Shown piece by piece: positions 60,363 through 64,000 of a stretch of 64,000 bases of DNA; within the stretch, counting starts at the first letter, position 1, and each line of letters begins with the position of its first letter. The position numbers and the translations under genes are program-made. The stretch comes from an uncultured Prevotella sp. (lineage in GTDB: Bacteria; Bacteroidota; Bacteroidia; Bacteroidales; Bacteroidaceae), in NCBI GenBank assembly GCA_905235325.1, contig CAJOLE010000012.1, positions 5,768-69,767 on the forward strand, read 5' to 3'. The notes under the pieces are model-generated. The model saw nothing but the letters and a program-made list of their open reading frames with translations, did not search any database and had not been told where the DNA came from.

Positions 60363-60414
60363 TATTAACTATTAACCATTCACTATAAACTATTCACCAT
60401 CCTCCCTTCACCTC

Positions 60415-61530
60415 TCACCACACCAGATGATACGTGCCGCCGGCCAGCGGCTTCACGACGCCCTTCATCTCCAGCTCAAACAGCAGAGCCGTGAGCTGCC
60501 CGATGGGAAGGTTCGCTTTCACCGAGAGCACGTTCTGCTGCAGGTCGTTCGTCTGCCGGAGTACGCCGACCACCAACTGCTCCTCTGCCGAGAGGTCGGG
60601 GAAGAGATCGCGCTCCACCGCTGCCGCCTTCCGGGCGGCGGTCGGCCACCCCACCGTCGCCACGAAGTCGTCGGCCGAGGTGATGAGTGCCGCCTTGTTG
60701 TCGCGAATCAGGTTGTTGCAGCCCTCGCTGTACTGCGCTCCCACCGGTCCGGGGAAGGCCAGCACGTCGCGCCCGTACTCCTGGGCAATGCGTGCCGTGA
60801 TGAGCGCGCCGCCCTTGTAGGCCGACTCCACGACGATGGTAGCGTCCGAGATGCCTGCGACGATGCGGTTGCGCTGCCGGAAGTTGTTAGCCAGCGGCTC
60901 CGTCTGCGACATATACTCCGTCAGGAGGCCGCCGTGGGCTACCATCTCCACCGCCGTCTGGCGGTGGCGCGCCGGGTAAATCTGGTCCAGTCCGTGGGCC
61001 AGCACGCCCACCGTCGCGTAGCCATTGGCCAGTGCCTCGCGGTGGGCGCAGACGTCGATGCCGTAGGCCAGTCCGCTGACGATGAGCACGTCCGGGCACA
61101 GCTCTCTCAGTCGGCCCATGAACCTCTTGATGAGGTCCTGGCCGTAGACCGTGCAGTGGCGTGTCCCCACGATGTCGACGACGCGCTGCTGGTTCAGGTC
61201 GGCATTACCTTTATAATATAAGAGCACGGGGGCGTCGTCGCACTCCCGCAGCCGGGCCGGGTAGTCGGCGTCGTTCAGCGTCAGCACGCGGATGCCGTGC
61301 CGCTCGGCGAAGGCCATCTCTGCCGCCGCCCTTTTCAGCGCGTCGTCCCAGTTACGCATACTCTCCACGAGCCGCGGCGAACAGTCGCTGACCACGTCGC
61401 CAATATCCTGCCGGTGCTCATACACCGCCCGGCCGCCGCCCAGCTCCCTGTAGAGCCTCAGCGCCGTCTGCGCGTTGAACCCCGTCATGCGCGTCAGCGC
61501 AACCGAATAGAACAATTCCTCACCATCCAC
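60415..61530 (-). CDS. dprA: DNA processing protein DprA
   Basis: YPARL, IVGTR, VSGLAYGID, RNRIVAG, GALITA, LELKG-like tail; start uncertain (GTG inside a 7-bp repeat). Confidence 0.93.
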   Translation of the reverse strand: MDGEELFYSVALTRMTGFNAQTALRLYRELGGGRAVYEHRQDIGDVVSDCSPRLVESMRNWDDALKRAAAEMAFAERHGIRVLTLNDADYPARLRECDDAPVLLYYKGNADLNQQRVVDIVGTRHCTVYGQDLIKRFMGRLRELCPDVLIVSGLAYGIDVCAHREALANGYATVGVLAHGLDQIYPARHRQTAVEMVAHGGLLTEYMSQTEPLANNFRQRNRIVAGISDATIVVESAYKGGALITARIAQEYGRDVLAFPGPVGAQYSEGCNNLIRDNKAALITSADDFVATVGWPTAARKAAAVERDLFPDLSAEEQLVVGVLRQTNDLQQNVLSVKANLPIGQLTALLFELEMKGVVKPLAGGTYHLVW

Positions 61531-61543
61531 AATCCACAATCCA

Positions 61544-61945
61544 CTAAAAAACAAACTTGCTAAACGCCCGGTCGTAGTCCTCGCTCTGCCCCAACCGTCC
61601 GTTGACCAGGCACACCAGGTCAACCTTGGCACGGAAGCAGAGCTGCTCGTCGCTGGCGCGGAAGATGTCGTGGTGAAACACATACTTGATGCCCTCCTTC
61701 GTCAGCCCCATCCGCGACACGAACTCATCGTCGGGCCTGAGCGGCACCTTGAACTGCATCGTCATCCGCGCCACCACTGCGTCGACGCCCTTGCGGTGCA
61801 TCTCGGCGAAGCTCAGTCCGCACGCCTTCAGGAACAAGTGGCGCGTATGCTCGCAGTAGTGCAGGTAGTTGGCATTGTTCACAATGCCCTCGATGTCGCA
61901 CTCATAGTCGCGCACCGCCATCCTCGTCTCGAAACAGTAATTCAT
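61544..61945 (-). CDS. Acyl-CoA thioesterase (4HBT/YbgC family)
   Basis: VRDYECDIEGIVNNANYLHYCEHTR. Confidence 0.92.
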   Translation of the reverse strand: MNYCFETRMAVRDYECDIEGIVNNANYLHYCEHTRHLFLKACGLSFAEMHRKGVDAVVARMTMQFKVPLRPDDEFVSRMGLTKEGIKYVFHHDIFRASDEQLCFRAKVDLVCLVNGRLGQSEDYDRAFSKFVF

Positions 61946-62240
61946 AGCTCTTTCACTAATTTGCCGCCAAAGTTACAAAGAAATTCCGAATCTGCCAAGC
62001 ATTCCCCTCTTTATTTTCGGTCTCCTGACCCGCCCGGGCCATCCCGCATACATCGGCCGCCCACTCCCCCCTGACGGCGAAAACGGAGAGCATAGCGGCA
62101 GGTGCTTTTCCGTTTTCCCCAAAAAGTGTGGGTCCACTTTTGTCGCCTAGCCTGACGTCGAAGGTGGGCATGTTGAGGATGGGGTCGTAGCCGAAGCTGC
62201 CACTGAGCGACTTCAGTAAGGCGACGAACTGCTGGCGGCG

Positions 62241-63548
62241 TCATCGGGTGGCGGCGGGACGTTTCAGGTACTCGTAGCCGAAGCGGCAGCGCAGGCAGTC
62301 GCGGCGGTCGCAGTATTCGCGCTTCAGCTGGATGAGGGCCTGCGAGTCGCCGGCCGACTGTACGGGCAGTCCGCACTCCTGCCAGAGACGGATGATGTGG
62401 TTCTGCTCGGGGCGCAGCTGTTCGAGCAAGTCGAAGGCGCGGTCGCAGAGTTCCTCCTTCTGGCGGTGGCGCCCGACGGCGAAGAGCACGGGGACGGCGG
62501 TGTTGATGATGAGCAGGTTGACGGAGCCTGCGCTGAGCCGCTTCGCGTTCTTCGTGCTCTGCGAGCCGAAGGTGTAGTGGGTCTCCCAGTAGGGCGTGAC
62601 GTGTGTCGCGAAGAGCGCCCGCAGCTCGTCGACGGTCTTGCAGTCAATGAGCTGGCTCAGTCCGGCCCGGCCCTCGTAGTAGAGGTTGGCCAGCTGTGAC
62701 AGGCGTATGTGCGGGAAGTTCTGCGGCCGCAGCCGGAGAAAGTTCCACTGCCGGGCATCCATCGGCTGCATCGAGAACTTATGGGCCAGATAGAGGTACT
62801 CGTTGCGCAGGCGGGCCAGGTAGCCGTCGCTGAGTGCGTCCTGGCGGCAGTGGGCGGGGACGGTGTCGGGGTCGAGCAGGCCGGCCTGGCCGAGGAAGAT
62901 GGCCTCCACCTGGAAGAGGTCGTCGCGGTGGTGGGCGACGGCGTTCATGGGCACACTGAGCGCCCACTGCTCGAAGGCGTCGCTGTTGATGCCGAAGCCG
63001 TAGTTGCGGGCCAGGGTGACGAAGTAGGCGTCCTCCCACGAGCCGCCGCACAGCCCGGCACGCCGGCTGATATCGTCGGTCTTGCGCTCTAAGCGCTCGG
63101 TCTGCAGGGCTGCCATCCAGGCGTGGACGGTGAGCTTCGGCAGGTCGGGAATGATCTTGTAGCAGGGCGGGTACTGGTCGGTGCGGAGCAGCTCCTCGTA
63201 GTTCTCGCTCACGTGCCGGGGGACGGCGAGCTGCAGCTGCGGGATGTAGTGTCCGTCGGCAGTGCGTACGTCAGTGTCGGCCGTCTCGCAGACGTGCAGC
63301 ACGACGTTGTCGTAGCGCGGGTCGCGGTCGTGGCCGTGCTGATACCAGTCGGAGGCGCGGTCGTGAATCTCGACGTTGCCCACCCAGAGCGTGCCGCCGA
63401 TGCGCACCTTGGCGTTGAAGAAGTCGGGCCCGGCATTGCGGTTGTGCAGTCCCGGGTCGATGATTTCCACCTCGCGCCCGTCGGTGGTCGTCAGCTCTTT
63501 CAGCGGCAGCATCCTGTGCTTCCAAGTGTAGTGCAGGAGTATCTCCAT
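62241..63548 (-). CDS. DUF2851 family protein
   Basis: LLHYTWK, AGPDFFNA, GNVEIH, WYQHGH, LRPQNFP, terminal C-x3-C-x2-C. Confidence 0.88.
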   Translation of the reverse strand: MEILLHYTWKHRMLPLKELTTTDGREVEIIDPGLHNRNAGPDFFNAKVRIGGTLWVGNVEIHDRASDWYQHGHDRDPRYDNVVLHVCETADTDVRTADGHYIPQLQLAVPRHVSENYEELLRTDQYPPCYKIIPDLPKLTVHAWMAALQTERLERKTDDISRRAGLCGGSWEDAYFVTLARNYGFGINSDAFEQWALSVPMNAVAHHRDDLFQVEAIFLGQAGLLDPDTVPAHCRQDALSDGYLARLRNEYLYLAHKFSMQPMDARQWNFLRLRPQNFPHIRLSQLANLYYEGRAGLSQLIDCKTVDELRALFATHVTPYWETHYTFGSQSTKNAKRLSAGSVNLLIINTAVPVLFAVGRHRQKEELCDRAFDLLEQLRPEQNHIIRLWQECGLPVQSAGDSQALIQLKREYCDRRDCLRCRFGYEYLKRPAATR

Positions 63549-63843
63549 AGGCAGGAATCCCTCGTTTTTGAAGGCAAAGTTACGAAAAAAAGATAATTCT
63601 GCAAGGTTTTTCGGAAATTATGTGTAATTTTGCAACCAAATAACTGCAAGAACCGTCGAACGAGAAAACAGAATGAAGCAAAAAGAGCATACTTTCCAAG
63701 TGATTCTATCGGCCGAACACCGTCAGCGTGGGCGGCGTGGAGCGCGAGTTGACGTTCGACTTGCCGGGTCGGCGCATCGACGTGTCGGCCGGGCGCAAGA
63801 GCATATATATATTATAAAAAGGTAATAAAGTAAAGAAAGCATT

Positions 63844-64000
63844 ATGAAGATAGCATTGATAGGCTACGGCAAGATGGGCAAGATGATAGAGCAGATTGCC
63901 CTGGAACGAGGCCACGAGATTGTGAGCATCATCGACATTGACAACCAGGAGGACTTCGACAGTCCAGAGTTCCAATCGGCCGACGTGGCCATTGAGTTTA
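63844..64000 (+). CDS. dapB: 4-hydroxy-tetrahydrodipicolinate reductase, N-terminus (truncated by the window)
   Basis: MKIALIGYGKMGK...ADVAIEF. Confidence 0.9.
   Translation, partial: MKIALIGYGKMGKMIEQIALERGHEIVSIIDIDNQEDFDSPEFQSADVAIEF

Overview
GC-rich Bacteroidales chromosomal segment, Prevotella-like by gene content and by TAnnTTTG promoters upstream of most transcription units. Core content: 3' part of purL, a short-chain chromate transporter pair, a LacI-linked starch/maltodextrin cluster (neopullulanase, pullulanase, GH97, GH77, MFS, secreted GH13), two glycosyltransferases, an AraC/TolC/HlyD/ABC exporter, the dcw cluster (mraZ to ftsZ), glsA/glsB-like acyltransferases, nrdDG, sufE, U32, ybeY, coaD, ruvB, GH2, dus, dprA, DUF2851 and the start of dapB. 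I found no transposase, integrase, cas, tRNA or rRNA gene. The unusual content is non-coding. (1) Three same-strand copies of a 300-390 bp intergenic module (~2.7, 14.7, 47.3 kb): a 21-bp-period array, a 12-bp direct repeat, and a ~122-bp palindrome with a 31-bp core arm of 9-bp iteron-like units, with conserved spacing. (2) A 36-bp repeat present 9 times but only between 12.0 and 20.5 kb, inside proteins, at stop codons and in a promoter-fronted inverted cluster. (3) Several REP-like hairpin families inserted in frame in housekeeping proteins. (4) A promoter/terminator-bounded sRNA candidate. (5) 6-9 bp microsatellites at gene junctions. Six frameshifts, one in ftsW, are most likely consensus errors. 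All calls come from manual reading and motif recognition; no searches were run.
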